Of a stretch of DNA of 64,000 nucleotides, positions 24,221 through 35,947 are shown piece after piece. Location of the stretch: positions 343,050 through 407,049 of the forward strand of contig QPGO01000054.1 of the NCBI GenBank assembly GCA_008632985.1. Reading direction: 5' to 3'. Both the position numbers and the translations under genes were made by a program. The notes below the pieces were generated by a model, which saw only the letters and a program-made list of their open reading frames with translations, did not search any database and was not told where the DNA came from. Source of the stretch: Psammoneis japonica (lineage: Eukaryota). Position 1 is the stretch's first letter; each line of letters begins with the position of its first letter.

Positions 24221-25296
24221 GCATGTTTGACACTCAAGCTCATTTATGAACACTGGTGGTCAAATCTAAAAGATTTGACTTGTCAATTGAAGTGGGTGCC
24301 AAACTGCAAAAAGCAGCAGGGAGACTGGTGAAACATTGAAAAGCAGCTGGCTGGCACTTGCAAAACACAACAAAGGCAGCTGCTGTGTTCTTCATTTTCA
24401 AATTTGGGTGTGCTCTCCTCACAACCTCCTCAGCATCACTGCAAGGCACAGTCACCAGCAACAAATTGTCTTGTCTCTGGAACAACACTGGTTGAACAAA
24501 GCTCACATTGCTGGATGGCACTGCTTGCTTTGTGAAGTGCAACCCTCACAGCGGTTGGGATGACGGTGCTGGCCCAAATGGAAAAAAGTCCCAGGCAAGT
24601 CAGTGGTGCAAGTCTTGAAGATCATGATGCTCTTTGTGTCATTTCAAGAAAAGAAAGAGGCAGTTTGTTGGAACCCAGCCACCGCTGCTTTTGGCTTTTG
24701 GCTTTTGGCCTGAGGGTTGCTGAGAAATGAGCACCATCCACACAGTGTGCAGCATGAGCCACACACACACACGCTGGCCCACATGGCCAAGGCATTGTGG
24801 ACACAAAAGAGCAAGGTTTTCAACAATCTTGTCTTCCAAACTCTTCTTGTGAGTTCAGACTCTCATTTTCTGCCAACATCCAGAATCTCAGGAAGTGTGA
24901 GATGGGTTGGAAAGGCTGTCACAGTGTGTTCCCAACCAATCACCTGGGACCACTGCACCTTGCTCTGGCAAGAGTTCATCCAGGAAGGATTGACAAATGG
25001 CTTGAGCTGATTTGCACACATGACTGCCTCCTGTTGCAATGGACATGTTTGAGCTCCATTTTTCAGCACCTCTGAACAGGTGGAACGGTCTCAACTTGGT
25101 CAGATTTTCCATGAGCGGACATCAAGAGTTCACACAGCGCCAATGGAATGACGCATTCTCGAGAGAATGGACACTTTTCAAGATGTGATTTGTGCCGTCT
25201 CCACCTGTCGCGTCGGTTGTCATTGACGACGAAATGGCGCATGTGAACGGCACAGCACAGAGTCCATGCTGGCATGAGTGCCGAGAACAGTTAGTC

Positions 25297-25352
25297 CTAT
25301 GTTGATTTGTCTTGTAATGTTGTTCTATGTTGATTTGTCTTGTAATGTTGTT
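25297..25352. repeat. 28-bp tandem duplication at the edge of domain 2
   Basis: ctatgttgatttgtcttgtaatgttgtt x2. Confidence 0.9.
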
Positions 25353-25577
25353 GCCTGCGGAGTCAGAACAATGTGATGTTGGCATGACTGCCCGACGTCG
25401 CAATGGCTCAGTCGCAAACCACAAACTTCCGATTATTGACATATGATCTAAAGCATAATACATACTATCAGGCAGGTAAGCTCTGCATCTTTGTCACCGT
25501 CCAAAGTGGTTTTTCTCCACGTAGCGGTTCTCGCCGTACTGTACAGAATTGCTGCTTGTTTCTCTACCAGTAGGTGT

Positions 25578-26983
25578 TCAATTCCGCCTCTTCACTTTCT
25601 GCATAGGATTCTTCTCATGCTCATCATCAAGGAGCTCAACACGAAGCCTCTTACTCCCACCTTCTTGCTCTGCCACTGCATCTCCGGCATCGTTGACAGC
25701 AATCGAGTCGTCCTCTTCCTCCGTGGAATCTGATGCGATCCGCGGGTGCTTTACGTACATGGTGCCAACACGTGACGCGAGGTCAGCCATCTTGAGACCC
25801 ACGCCAATCGAGATGGACTTGTACGTCCCATCTGGAAGAAGAACGTTGACCAAAATGGAAGACTCAGGACCACCAAAGATTTTGAACAGCCTTTCATTGT
25901 CGATTCTTGCAGAAGTTACGTGAAACATGCCTCCACGTAGTCTGAGCACCAAATGCACCGTGCTACCTTCCAGAATGTTATAGTCATCTAGTGTCCTGTC
26001 ATCTTCGAGCTGTGTTCCAGCAAAAAATAGTCGTTGCTCCTTTTGAGGAATCCCATCCATCTCAAAAATCGTTGATTTAATGTAGCTTATCTTGTGGTAA
26101 GGAGAGAGACCGGAGATGGTATAGGTCTTGCCCGTCAACGACTTTGCGATAATTTCAAAACCTTCGTTGTTGTCCCAAACTGTCGCCTCCAACAGGGGAC
26201 CAGCAAGGTTCAAATCATGGAGAGAAACGCTGCCATAGTCTTTACTCGTTTGAAGTTTGATACAACCCCCGTTGGCTGAGGTAACTTGAACGGTGCAAGT
26301 GGCATCGAGTCCGAATTCAGAAATGATCTTTCAAGTGGAGTCGGCAAGCCAGAGTGAGAAGTGAGACAGAGGAATGTACTAAACAATACGGGCCAAAAAT
26401 ACGAGGTTCTTCAACTTACGCCAAACAAGAAATCATTGACTTGGGCTGATTTCAACTGATGAATGACTTCGAAGCAACCACCTTTCTCTTGATCTTGACG
26501 GTGCCCTTTGTATGCTTGGTATGTTTGCAGCTTCTGCGGTATGATGAACGTGCAATGTTCCTTCTTGTCCCGCGTCTTTATTGCTAGAATTTCAGGTTTC
26601 TGAACAATTTCAAGGCCATGGTATTGGTGAAAGATTGTCAAGGGCGTGGACAAAAGCGTTCTTACGTCTTCGTACAACTGAGGAGGAGTCTTTGCAACAT
26701 ATAGGCTTCCACCGTCAAGAAGAATGGTGTCTTCATTTTCTAGAATGAAGTATCTGCGTGAACCTCCCGTACGAACCTTTTCGATCGTCTTGATTGGCAA
26801 ACTGGTGTCAGAAAGAAACAGATTCTTGGACATATCACTGATACGGGAGTCCGAACGAAGCTTCGAGAGCAGCTCAAGCACCGTCATGTTTCTTTCAAAT
26901 TCGACACTGACCGCCGTGCTGCTGCAGGATGCGGCTGAATGGCGCTCTTCAGGCTTCTCGCAAACGTTGACCTTGATGAACAT
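25578..26983 (-). CDS. Protein with an internal ubiquitin domain, 2 exons
   Basis: KSLTGKT...[42 protein letters not shown]; intron 26328-26419 joins LFG|IISEFG in frame. Confidence 0.8.
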
Positions 26984-27353
26984 GGTGTGTAGATATCGGT
27001 ATTATCTTCGAAGAGGAAAGGGATATTATGCTCAGCATCCACAGCAATCATCAATGCTGCTCCTGCTTGTTCAGAGTTTTTTTGGAGAGTGCTTCGCAGC
27101 ACCCCTGACCAGGTTTTGATAAATGACAGTGAAGTGATTCGCCTGCTCAGGGGCATGTCCTCCCTCAATCCTCATCTCAACCCTCTTCGCTCGTCGCGTC
27201 GCTCCTCGCTTTCTACCGAGAGAGAATACCATACTGTAGAGGAATGCCCATCATACGTACTCTATCTATGCGGAGAGAGGGCCTTTAGAGCTAGAGTCTA
27301 TTGTATTTTTCTCAAGACTTCACTCCAAACTCCTCACTTTTGAGTGCTGCACC

Positions 27354-28256
27354 ATGGAGGTACAAGATCTCTCTAAAGCAAAACGAGATCCGTTGATTCA
27401 GCAGTGACAACAAAAGAAGGATCGAGAGCAGGTGCTGATCTCGCTGCTGAAAAAGGAACGAGATCTTCGGGTTTCCCCTGAAATTCAGCGCGAAATGCAA
27501 GTCGCAGAGTCGTCCTACGAAAGCGAGTGGATGGATGTCGTTGAAGAATTGCAACAGAGAATCGTGGCGCAACACAACGCCCAGAACCCGCTTGAACAGA
27601 TCAGTCTAATGGACCTTCGCCTGGCAGCAGAGCGGCACCCAGACGTGGCGTTTTGGATCAAATACAACCGGGCTCGATCAGGAGACTTACGAGTGGGTGA
27701 TATGGCACCCAATGTACCGTTGGTTCGTGCAAAGGACAATCAGAACTCGTGTCTTCTGGGACCAGATTCAAAGCGGTGTGTTGTCATGGCTGGATCGTGG
27801 TCCTGACCCCCGTTTCGCTACTTGGGTCCAGCCTTGTACCAAGTGGCGAAGAGTAACCAAACCGATGGAAACGAGGCTAACGGTGATTCAGTTTGCTTCA
27901 AAATGGTTTATATCGCCGAAGCACACGCCATGTCCGAGTGGCCTGTTACATCGGGACGTTTCAACCCTGGTGGCGAGCCTGTGATTATTCCGCATCAACC
28001 AACGACTGCCGCAGACCGCTGTAAGCTTGCACGGGAGTTTGCTGAGAAGTTCCAAATACCAATCGATAGCGATGATTTGGAGATGTTGGTGGACGATCCG
28101 GAACAAGGCGATTTGTTTGAAAAAGCTTACGCACCTTGGCCACTCCGGTTTTATCTTATCGATGCTCAGGGTCGGTTAGAGTGGATTGCCCACCCTAAAG
28201 ATTGCTCATATGATGAGGCATTGCAGCAGCTCCTTGCGTTGATTGGATTGGGCTAG
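27354..28256 (+). CDS. Iodothyronine deiodinase-family selenoprotein; Sec codon TGA at 27804-27806 (5' end uncertain)
   Basis: Two ORF-track ORFs are in the same frame across one TGA: AGSWS-U-PPFR followed by MVYIAEAHAMSEWP and YAPWPLRFY, the deiodinase GSxxUPPF / YIxEAH signature; SECIS downstream. Confidence 0.9.
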
Positions 28257-28349
28257 AGGTGGTCTTGAGGACAGGGTGTCGACAAGATCAAGCAGTGTCG
28301 TGCATCTCTGACTTTACAAAGGTAGTCAACGTTTCTCTGTTTTGAATCA

Positions 28350-28418
28350 TGCAATGTAATGACGGCTTCGACGAGAACTGTCTGGTGGGCAGTTAGCACG
28401 AAGCCTGAAATCCTTGCA
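28350..28418 (+). promoter_or_regulatory. Eukaryotic SECIS element (form 2-like) in the 3' UTR
   Basis: Helix I TGCAA/TTGCA, core ATGAC (28359) / TGAA (28406), helix II GGCTTCG/CGAAGCC, apical mini-helix AACTGTC/GGCAGTT. Confidence 0.85.
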
Positions 28419-28685
28419 AGATTTGAACTTGTAACGTACCGCCTTTGGCAGCTTTCATAGAATAGCAAAAGAGACTGCAACCATGAAACTCGTAGATGAT
28501 AGCCTAGCTTCCCATGCTTGTGCCCACATCGGCAGAACGACGGATCAAGAAGTTGACCTCACTCCTATTGCAAAACGTGTCGTGCTACAAAGCATACATC
28601 TACTTCTGCACTGCACAAATAGTACAGAAGAACAGAAACACAAAAAGGATCTACAAGATTACAATGATGAAGTGCGTCCACATCT

Positions 28686-29495
28686 TTAATCTTGGAACGC
28701 TGCAGGATAAAGCATTGGTCCAACCATTTCCTTGAGAGTATCCATGATGAAAACCGCACACACCATTCTCCCGTAACGAAAGGTTGCACCACGATAGAAA
28801 CCGGGAATGTTGCTTTCCGAAAAGATTTTCTTTGCGGTATCAGTAAAGGTTCCATAGGTTGTGCGCTCAATGTCGCCCTGCATGCACGTCTTGATCGTAT
28901 CAAAGGGTTGCGTCAAATAACACGCAAACAGCCCACCCAACAGGGCAGCGGGGACACGTGCCTTCTCGTTGGACGTGAATGTTTCAGGATAATTCTCCAT
29001 GAGGTGACGGCGAACAATGGGAGGAATCGATAGATAACCACACGTCCAAAGGGCCTCACGAACGGCCGTACCACACCAACCACGCACAATCGTACTAGGA
29101 TTTCCCACGTTCTTGATGGTTTCAATTGTGTTTCCTCCCTTGCGTTGCTGTTGAATCATTACCAACTCGAGCGGACTGCCCACAAAGGCTGATACGGTTC
29201 CCGCACCCATACCACAAAGCATCTCTTGTCCAGGAGTGAGCTGTTTCTTCTTGTCACCACCGGTAACGACTTGCTGGAGTTTCCCCCCGACCGCAAATTG
29301 AATCATGGTGCAACTGCCCATGTTGACGCAGTTGGCACCGACACCGCGGTACATGACACGAGGATCCAACGAGATGGGCTGCTTTTGCTGGGTCATGTTT
29401 TTCGCGTAATTGAACGGCTGCAACATGAGCACCTCGATCACTCCTACCGTCATGCCGACGGTAGCGTTTTGAAATTCATTGAGCCTTGCCGACAT
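28686..29495 (-). CDS. Mitochondrial carrier family (SLC25) protein
   Basis: Three Px[D/E]xx[K/R]-like repeats: QPFNYAK, SPLELVM, QPFDTIKT; YRG motifs. Confidence 0.92.
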   Translation of the reverse strand: MSARLNEFQNATVGMTVGVIEVLMLQPFNYAKNMTQQKQPISLDPRVMYRGVGANCVNMGSCTMIQFAVGGKLQQVVTGGDKKKQLTPGQEMLCGMGAGTVSAFVGSPLELVMIQQQRKGGNTIETIKNVGNPSTIVRGWCGTAVREALWTCGYLSIPPIVRRHLMENYPETFTSNEKARVPAALLGGLFACYLTQPFDTIKTCMQGDIERTTYGTFTDTAKKIFSESNIPGFYRGATFRYGRMVCAVFIMDTLKEMVGPMLYPAAFQD

Positions 29496-29973
29496 TGTGT
29501 TGTAACAATTGAATGAGACTGAATCGAAAAAGCTTTCCTTTCTGTGTTGGCTACCTTCGTACCGGAATCAATCGAACAACCTCTTGATTCGAGACTACAC
29601 GAACTAGGATCGAGCAGTATCAAACAGATTCTTCTTAGTTACAGTCTCCTTTTGTTTCGTTTCGGTTCAAGGAAAGCCTCTGGTGATGGTCGGCACAACG
29701 CAAGAAGAACGGCGTTGCAGATCAGTCGTTGGATCTTTCGTTTTTCAGCCAATCAAAACGCAGAAAATGCGAAAAGTGCCGACTCCGAAAATGGCGGGAA
29801 AAAATTCGTGTCGGAATGAGGAATTCTTTTGCGTTGTTGGCGCAATCAAGCAGAATTCCCTCCGACCTCCGACCTCACTTCTTTCTCGCCTTCCTCAATG
29901 GCCGACTCGATTTCCTAATTTTGCTGCCGGCAAACGCAACGACGGCAACAACGCAATCAACAAAACGAAAATC

Positions 29974-31834
29974 ATGCCTTCCAAGAAACGAAGAAAGGAA
30001 CGCCTCTCCAAGGATGCAAAAATTGCAATTGTTGGCGGCGGTCTTGGTGGTTTGGGTGCCGCCTTGTCGTTGCGACAAGCGGGCTTTACAGATGTCACTG
30101 TTTACGAACGGGACGCGTCTCCACAAGAAGCAGAAGAAGGTTATGGGCTGACTTTAACTTATAATCCCAAGGGACCATTGGCAAAGATGAATATTCTGGA
30201 GCAAGTTGCACAGGAAGATTGTCCGAGTCGATCTCATTATGTCTTTTCGGTAAGTGCTTGCTTTTTGAAAACCGTCAACTGCTTCAGTAAACTTCGTTCT
30301 CACGTCGACGTCTATGAATTTCAAAAGCCAAAAGGCGAAGTATTGGGTTATTATGGGAATGCTTTTCAGAAGAATCGGGGGAATGGACAACGAGGAAATC
30401 TCCGAGTTCCAAGAAAGGTACTGCGAAGAATTCTGTTGGAAAACAACACGAGCAAGGTTGAGTGGTGCAAGCGTCTGGAGCGTTTCGAGTGTAGCGAAAA
30501 TGATGAGAAAATAACACTATTTTTTCAAGATGGAACAACGGTTGACAATATTGACTTGTTGGTGGGGGCAGATGGCATACGGAGTGCAGTCGTAAGAACA
30601 CTTTGGTCCGACAAACAAGACGAGAGCTTTGGCTTGCGTTACATGGGAGTCATGATCGTTCTGGGCATTGCCAACATTTTCCACCCACTTCTTGATGAGC
30701 GGGGTTTCTACACACTAGATGGAGTGCATCGACTGTTTACAATGCCATATTCAGGGAGTCAACTAGAACATGACGTTAGCGGGGAAAACGGCAGAGGACG
30801 CCGTATCATGTGGCAACTTTCCTATGCACTAGAGGACGAAAGTGAAGCCAAACGACTGCGAGAGTGTGGCCCTCAAAGACTGCTTGAAGAAGTATTGCAA
30901 CGCTGTGATACATGGCATGAGCCAGTCAAAGACATGTTTAGAGCAACGCCACCCGAAACCATTTGGGGAACGTGAGTGATTTGTATGTGTTTTGCTTCGA
31001 CTGTATTTGAATCACGTCCTTCTTACAATATTCAATCGCGATGCTCACAGCGGCTTGATGGACCGAAATCCCGAGGAGTTGTTAACATACATAGATAAGC
31101 GATTATCATCACGGGTGGTTGTTCTGGGGGATGCAGCGCACTCCATGTCGCCATTCAAAGGTCAAGGGGCAAATCAATCGTTGATGGATGGACCATTGCT
31201 CGCTGCTTGGCTAGAAAAGGCATCGGTGGAAGCTGCTGTTCGCGGCTTCATGAGAGACATGATTACTAGGACAAGAGTCAAAGTCAAAGCATCACGACAA
31301 GCGGCTGTTCTGCTCCATTCACAAGACTTTTGTAAGGAAAGTCCACACTTTGCGGGGGTGAGACGCGAATGCACTTCGTTTCTTATTGATACGCTTCGTA
31401 AGCGGCATATCGGAGCTCAGGAGGGAAGACGTTTGGATGAATCTATAGGTCTCATCATCAATGAACTGGGAATTGGCGTTGACGCCCAAAGCGCGATTGA
31501 TTCGCCGACTGAGGTGGCTTCCAACACGGACCACAATGTCCCCGAACTTGCACTCTCCCTCTCCAAGCAAGGTGACACCAATGGACTGCGGAATCTCTCA
31601 ATGAAGCATGCAGATGTCATTCAAACCGCCAGGGACAACAACGGGCGGTCTTGCTTGTACCTTGCCGCACTTGGTGGCCATTTTCAGTGCTGTCGTTGGC
31701 TTTTGCTGGAGGTTCTCGTTGCACAACAAGACTTGCGTTCTCAGAAGAACTCTGCTCTGGAGGCAGCGATGATCAGCAAAGATGCGAATCTCATTGCTTT
31801 GCTGAGTAGCGCGGATGCTGACCCAGAAAACTAG
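29974..31834 (+). CDS. FAD-dependent monooxygenase with C-terminal ankyrin-like repeats, 3 exons
   Basis: IAIVGGGLGGL, LVGADGIRSAV, LGDAAHSMSPFKGQGAN, DNNGRSCLYLAALGGH; introns 30250-30327 and 30972-31050. Confidence 0.88.
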
Positions 31835-34138
31835 ACAATTCAGCTAAAGATAGAATCGGAGCCTTAATCATTCGAACTCTAGTCTCTGGTGTGTTGATGT
31901 TTTGTAGCGACTCTGAACCTTGGAGAAAATAGAGCAAGAATTTGAATCACATACCGATAGCAACCGCAGTCTCTCTACTACCTACTCTAGTATTTTAACT
32001 TCGAATTTATGCACCTGTGGTTGAATGTTTTATATCCCTGGCTCGCTGCACTGCCTGTTGATTGACTGCCTGCCTGCCCTCGCCTGACGGTTACCACGTC
32101 GTCCGCCCGTCAGATAGAAGACACTCCCAACTGGGAGGTCTGTAAGTGGTACGGAAGAAGACAGAGAAGACCTCCCACGGATCGTAACATAACGCTGTAC
32201 CAGGCTAACTGGCACAGCTTAAAAAAATCGCAACGTGCGATTTTTTTGGTTCCTGGTACAAAAACGAAAAATTCTACGCAGAATTTGCGTAGCCACCATG
32301 GCGAATTTGTTTCGCGTCCACCGTCGTTGTCACCTGTTTTCACGAGGTGAGTCACTCAGGATATTGTCGACATTTGTCTATAGCACCATTACGTGTTGGC
32401 TGAATTTTGACAAGTGCCACTCCGCGCAAGAATATCGATTTCGATTCCTTCGGTGTATGAGTCTGCCGCTGTTGTCGTCGTTCCGGTATGTTTCGTCGAG
32501 TTTGTTATTATTTCCCTCCTCTCATCCCTTTACCTATGCCTCATTCGTTTCATAATAAATATAGATAAAAGGCGCTGATGTGTATGGCACCTTTGGAGTG
32601 TTTGAGACGAGCTCTGGACGTCGCGGCTCGTGGTTGGTGTGTTTCCAACAGACGACAGCGGTCCGGCACTTATTCTGTTTGTTTCTCGGTCCGCACGCAG
32701 ATTCTTCCCCACGAAAGGGCCTCATGATTTACTTTATGGAATATGTTGATGATACAAACAGTGGTGTTCATGGATCATGTATTAAAACACGGTGTGTGAG
32801 TTCTCTGGCAAGCTGGGTGGCCTTGCAAGAAATTCCTTGAAGACCTCTCTGCATCCGATGACATTATGGACACCCTGATCTATTTGACAACCCAGAAAAC
32901 TTGGTATCATTAGGAGGTCGAAAGATATCAATCTCTTGGAGGACATCTTTGCAGGTTACAACAACGTCATTCGTGGTGGATCAGTGGTTTCAAGGAGCAT
33001 TTGCAGGTGGGAAAAGGACGTGTACGTGGTTATGCTGGCAATGTTTGATTTGGAGAAGATTGGTGACAGAAACATCACTCCTATGGGAATTATTCAGATA
33101 CTGTTGGGTGGGCTTTATTCTTGCCCGAGGTGCAAAGTATCGTGCGATTGGCCGGGGTTTGTTACTCAGATCACTCCATGCAATGAGTAGCATCGATTTT
33201 TTGCATCGAGTCACCTTTATCTGGGAATCGAGCTGGCATCTTTTCACAGTCTTATTATAACTCTCTTAGCTCTTTATTTGTTTTGTTTTCCTGCGGACCT
33301 CCTTTTGACTTCAATCCGGCCGTGTCGACGACTCGACCCGAGTTTCCCGATTCGTCACACTTACATTATGCTGGTACAGTCAAGAGAGTAAAAGTTCTGA
33401 AAGAGATCTTTCTTCACTCTTCTGTCAATCAACTTTCCAGTTGAAAGAGATGCACTCGTGTTGTTTTGGACTGGTGGTGAGTAGACGGGGTGCTGAATGA
33501 AGTTCAAAAGCATGAGAGAATCGAACCTCTTGGTACCGGCCGGTACAATAAATAGGCGGGAGTGTGGAGTGTTACCGGCATAGGATTGGGGTGGAGGCCA
33601 GACGTTTTGTGCTATTACGGCTACGTGATTCGTACGAGGTACGTAGAAATCACGTAGAAATCTCTCTGTGCGCCAGTTGAAATATGTTACGATCCGAGGG
33701 AGTGGTCAGAAGACGAATCTAGAACAACCTTCCAAACCGATAACCTTCTGAAGTGACATTGCTGTGACGTGAACCAAAGAAACGCTCTCAGCCAATCAGA
33801 GTGCTTGTGCAGCCACTTTTTGTCGAAAATGCACGTCTCATTTAGGGTTTCGAGGAAGACAGCATTGAAGTAGGCTGAGGTGATGACATTAGACGACGCA
33901 ACTCGTGACCGGGAAAAGTGCACAGCGGGATGAGACCGACGAGATTGACAACGCACAACAGCTCAAAACACACGTGTCCTTTCTGGTTCTCTGCTATTCT
34001 TAGCAAGCTCCCATTACCTTAACGAGAGAATAAACCTGTCTTCCATCAACAGAGAGCAATAGCGCACCACCAGATGTTGAACGAGTTGTCGAAATTCAAC
34101 ATCTGCTGCAAATAGTTGCGAAGTGTAAGGTCGAAAAA

Positions 34139-34696
34139 ATGAACAGAAGCAACCAGACGCCAGGCGACGGAAGACTTTGGATGTCATCAAGCGAGGACCA
34201 ACGCCTTTTTGTTCAATCTGATGAGCAGTCTCGAGCACAGAAAAGGCCGGCGACAGGAATGCCGAAACGACCTCTCTCAGCATATAACCTCTTCTTTCGA
34301 GACGAACGAGAAAGAATGAAGCAGTGCGAAGACGGAGACGAACGACTACGACTCGCTGATATTTCGCGACAGATAGCAGCAAAATGGAAAACTGTGGACC
34401 AAAACAGAAAGTTTATATACGAAGCACAAGCAGAGGAAGAAAGAAGAAAGTACTACAGCACGTTAAGAGAATGGGAAGCGTCAAAAAGTAAGAAGCCAAA
34501 AACAATAGAAGTCCCAACAAGACACAACGAGCTTCCGAAACCGACCGCAGGCCTTTCTCTAAACAGCTCTGCAGACTTGGATCAAATGAATCACATGCTG
34601 ACAACCATTGATGAGTTGCAGTCATCCGGTGATGACGATTTCGTCGATTTTGTGTCGTCGCTTGGCTTTCCTCCACCCGACGGAACAAACCGTTGA
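34139..34696 (+). CDS. HMG-box protein (paralogue B), intronless in the HMG box
   Basis: MPKRPLSAYNLFFRDERERM...ISRQIAAKWK; C-terminal DFVDFVSSLGF shared with paralogue A. Confidence 0.85.
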   Translation: MNRSNQTPGDGRLWMSSSEDQRLFVQSDEQSRAQKRPATGMPKRPLSAYNLFFRDERERMKQCEDGDERLRLADISRQIAAKWKTVDQNRKFIYEAQAEEERRKYYSTLREWEASKSKKPKTIEVPTRHNELPKPTAGLSLNSSADLDQMNHMLTTIDELQSSGDDDFVDFVSSLGFPPPDGTNR

Positions 34697-35055
34697 GGAG
34701 TCGAAATAGATTGCCAGAGAATTATGCTAAAGGAATCCTGACAACAGTTGTCTCCTGTCAGCGCGGTACTTCAAAACATATCGTGCTGTGGTTCACGTTC
34801 TATATCTTACGGAAACGAAGCGATGATAAAATCTGTATCTATACAGTTTCACTGACTATGATCAGTTGAACCATAATTTAGCATGCACGAACCGCTTCTA
34901 CATATGGAATATCATGCCAACTAAGCTATGAAATGAAGCACACAACTCAAGACGTGAATCACAGAAACTTTGCGACAAGACCCCAATATCCCCATTCGAT
35001 GGTCATCTGTAATTCAAATGTACGCTACTCTTGAAATATAGAGAGATGAATCAAC

Positions 35056-35947
35056 CTAAGACAACTCGTAGTCTCCCTCCGTGCTGACCATTTCCATTGA
35101 AGCCTCTCCTCCACAAGCGCTTCCTGTTGCGCAGGCCTTATCGGCGAAATTGGAGAAAAGAGCCATGCGGCGACCGACGGCGCCCTTGAGAGGATGTCCC
35201 TCCTCTTCTTTTCGCCGCTGCCCATAGCCAATTGCAATGAGAGCAGTTGCAGTCGTAGCAGCAACCACAAGCCATAGGATCCAACTGGAGGCCATTGACG
35301 CGGTTCCGCGATTCCCGCTTGAGCTGACTGAAGTATCTGAATCTGCGCCGTTGTTCGACGAAACTGCGGCACTCGCCGAGCTGTCATCGACGTAGTCTTC
35401 CCCGTCGACGGTTACCACCCTTTCACCTTCACAAACAATGTAGCCCTTTATATGGCAACAAGGAGGACGAGGAGGAATAGGTCCTTTGCGGTCCTCACAG
35501 CAAGCTGATGGTTCGCAATGAGGATGAACTGCGTGTCATTATTGCGCAAAAAGTGAGACGAGTGCAATGTTAGATACAATCATTCAACGGAAAACGATAA
35601 CGGTCAATTAACGTCCGACTGAAAATTTCAGGCGCATTTGACGAGGACGAGGACGAGAAGCAATGGAAATGAGCCTCTAGCAGGCGCTGTCACAATGATC
35701 CAACAAATAACTCACCGAAAAAGAGGAGGCTCCAAAATCCGAACAGACGCCGTTCATCAGGAGTTGAAAAGTGCGATTCTTCTCCGAAGCCTTCTGCAAC
35801 AGAAGAAGCGGTGTCGGAGTTCAGCATGTCAAGTCTCTCCGATCCACGAAGTGTTGAGTCAACTTCTCCTCCATCACATGGCGATAGCAGCAATAGGAAA
35901 GATGTTCCTACGCATAGTATTAGCTTCTCGATCATTGAGAGCTTCAT
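35056..35947 (-). CDS. Single-pass membrane protein, SAP-like family member A
   Basis: Signal peptide, DERRLFGFW (RxL), Cys/Pro exon, Ser-rich linker, TM, then GHPLKGAVGRRMALFS; intron about 35529-35715. Confidence 0.7.

Larger units (their letters stand above)
16690..25290. other. TpA/CpG-depleted hypermutated domain 2 (nested transposon and gene relics)
   Basis: About 23 TA in 8.6 kb by eye, CG rare except at the right edge, TG/CA excess, G12/G14/G9 and long A runs. Confidence 0.9.

Noticed and set aside
24240..25110. Possible PLP-dependent aminotransferase relic on the minus strand
   Set aside because: Only vague resemblance (NLLLVTVPCSD); too decayed to call without a search.
16690..25290. 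Dozens of overlapping Cys/His/Trp/Gln-rich ORFs on both strands as novel genes
   Set aside because: Loss of TA removes TAA/TAG stops and Tyr codons, inflating spurious ORFs. The same applies to 5970-7447, 51240-53500 and 59230-64000.
16690..25290. Classical fungal RIP or plain CpG deamination as the full explanation
   Set aside because: RIP increases TpA and depletes CpA, the opposite of what is seen. CpG decay does not remove TpA, and several domains keep CG.
32500..33260. Possible gene remnant in the long spacer
   Set aside because: Short ORFs with no motif I can recognise and normal dinucleotide content; not supportable.
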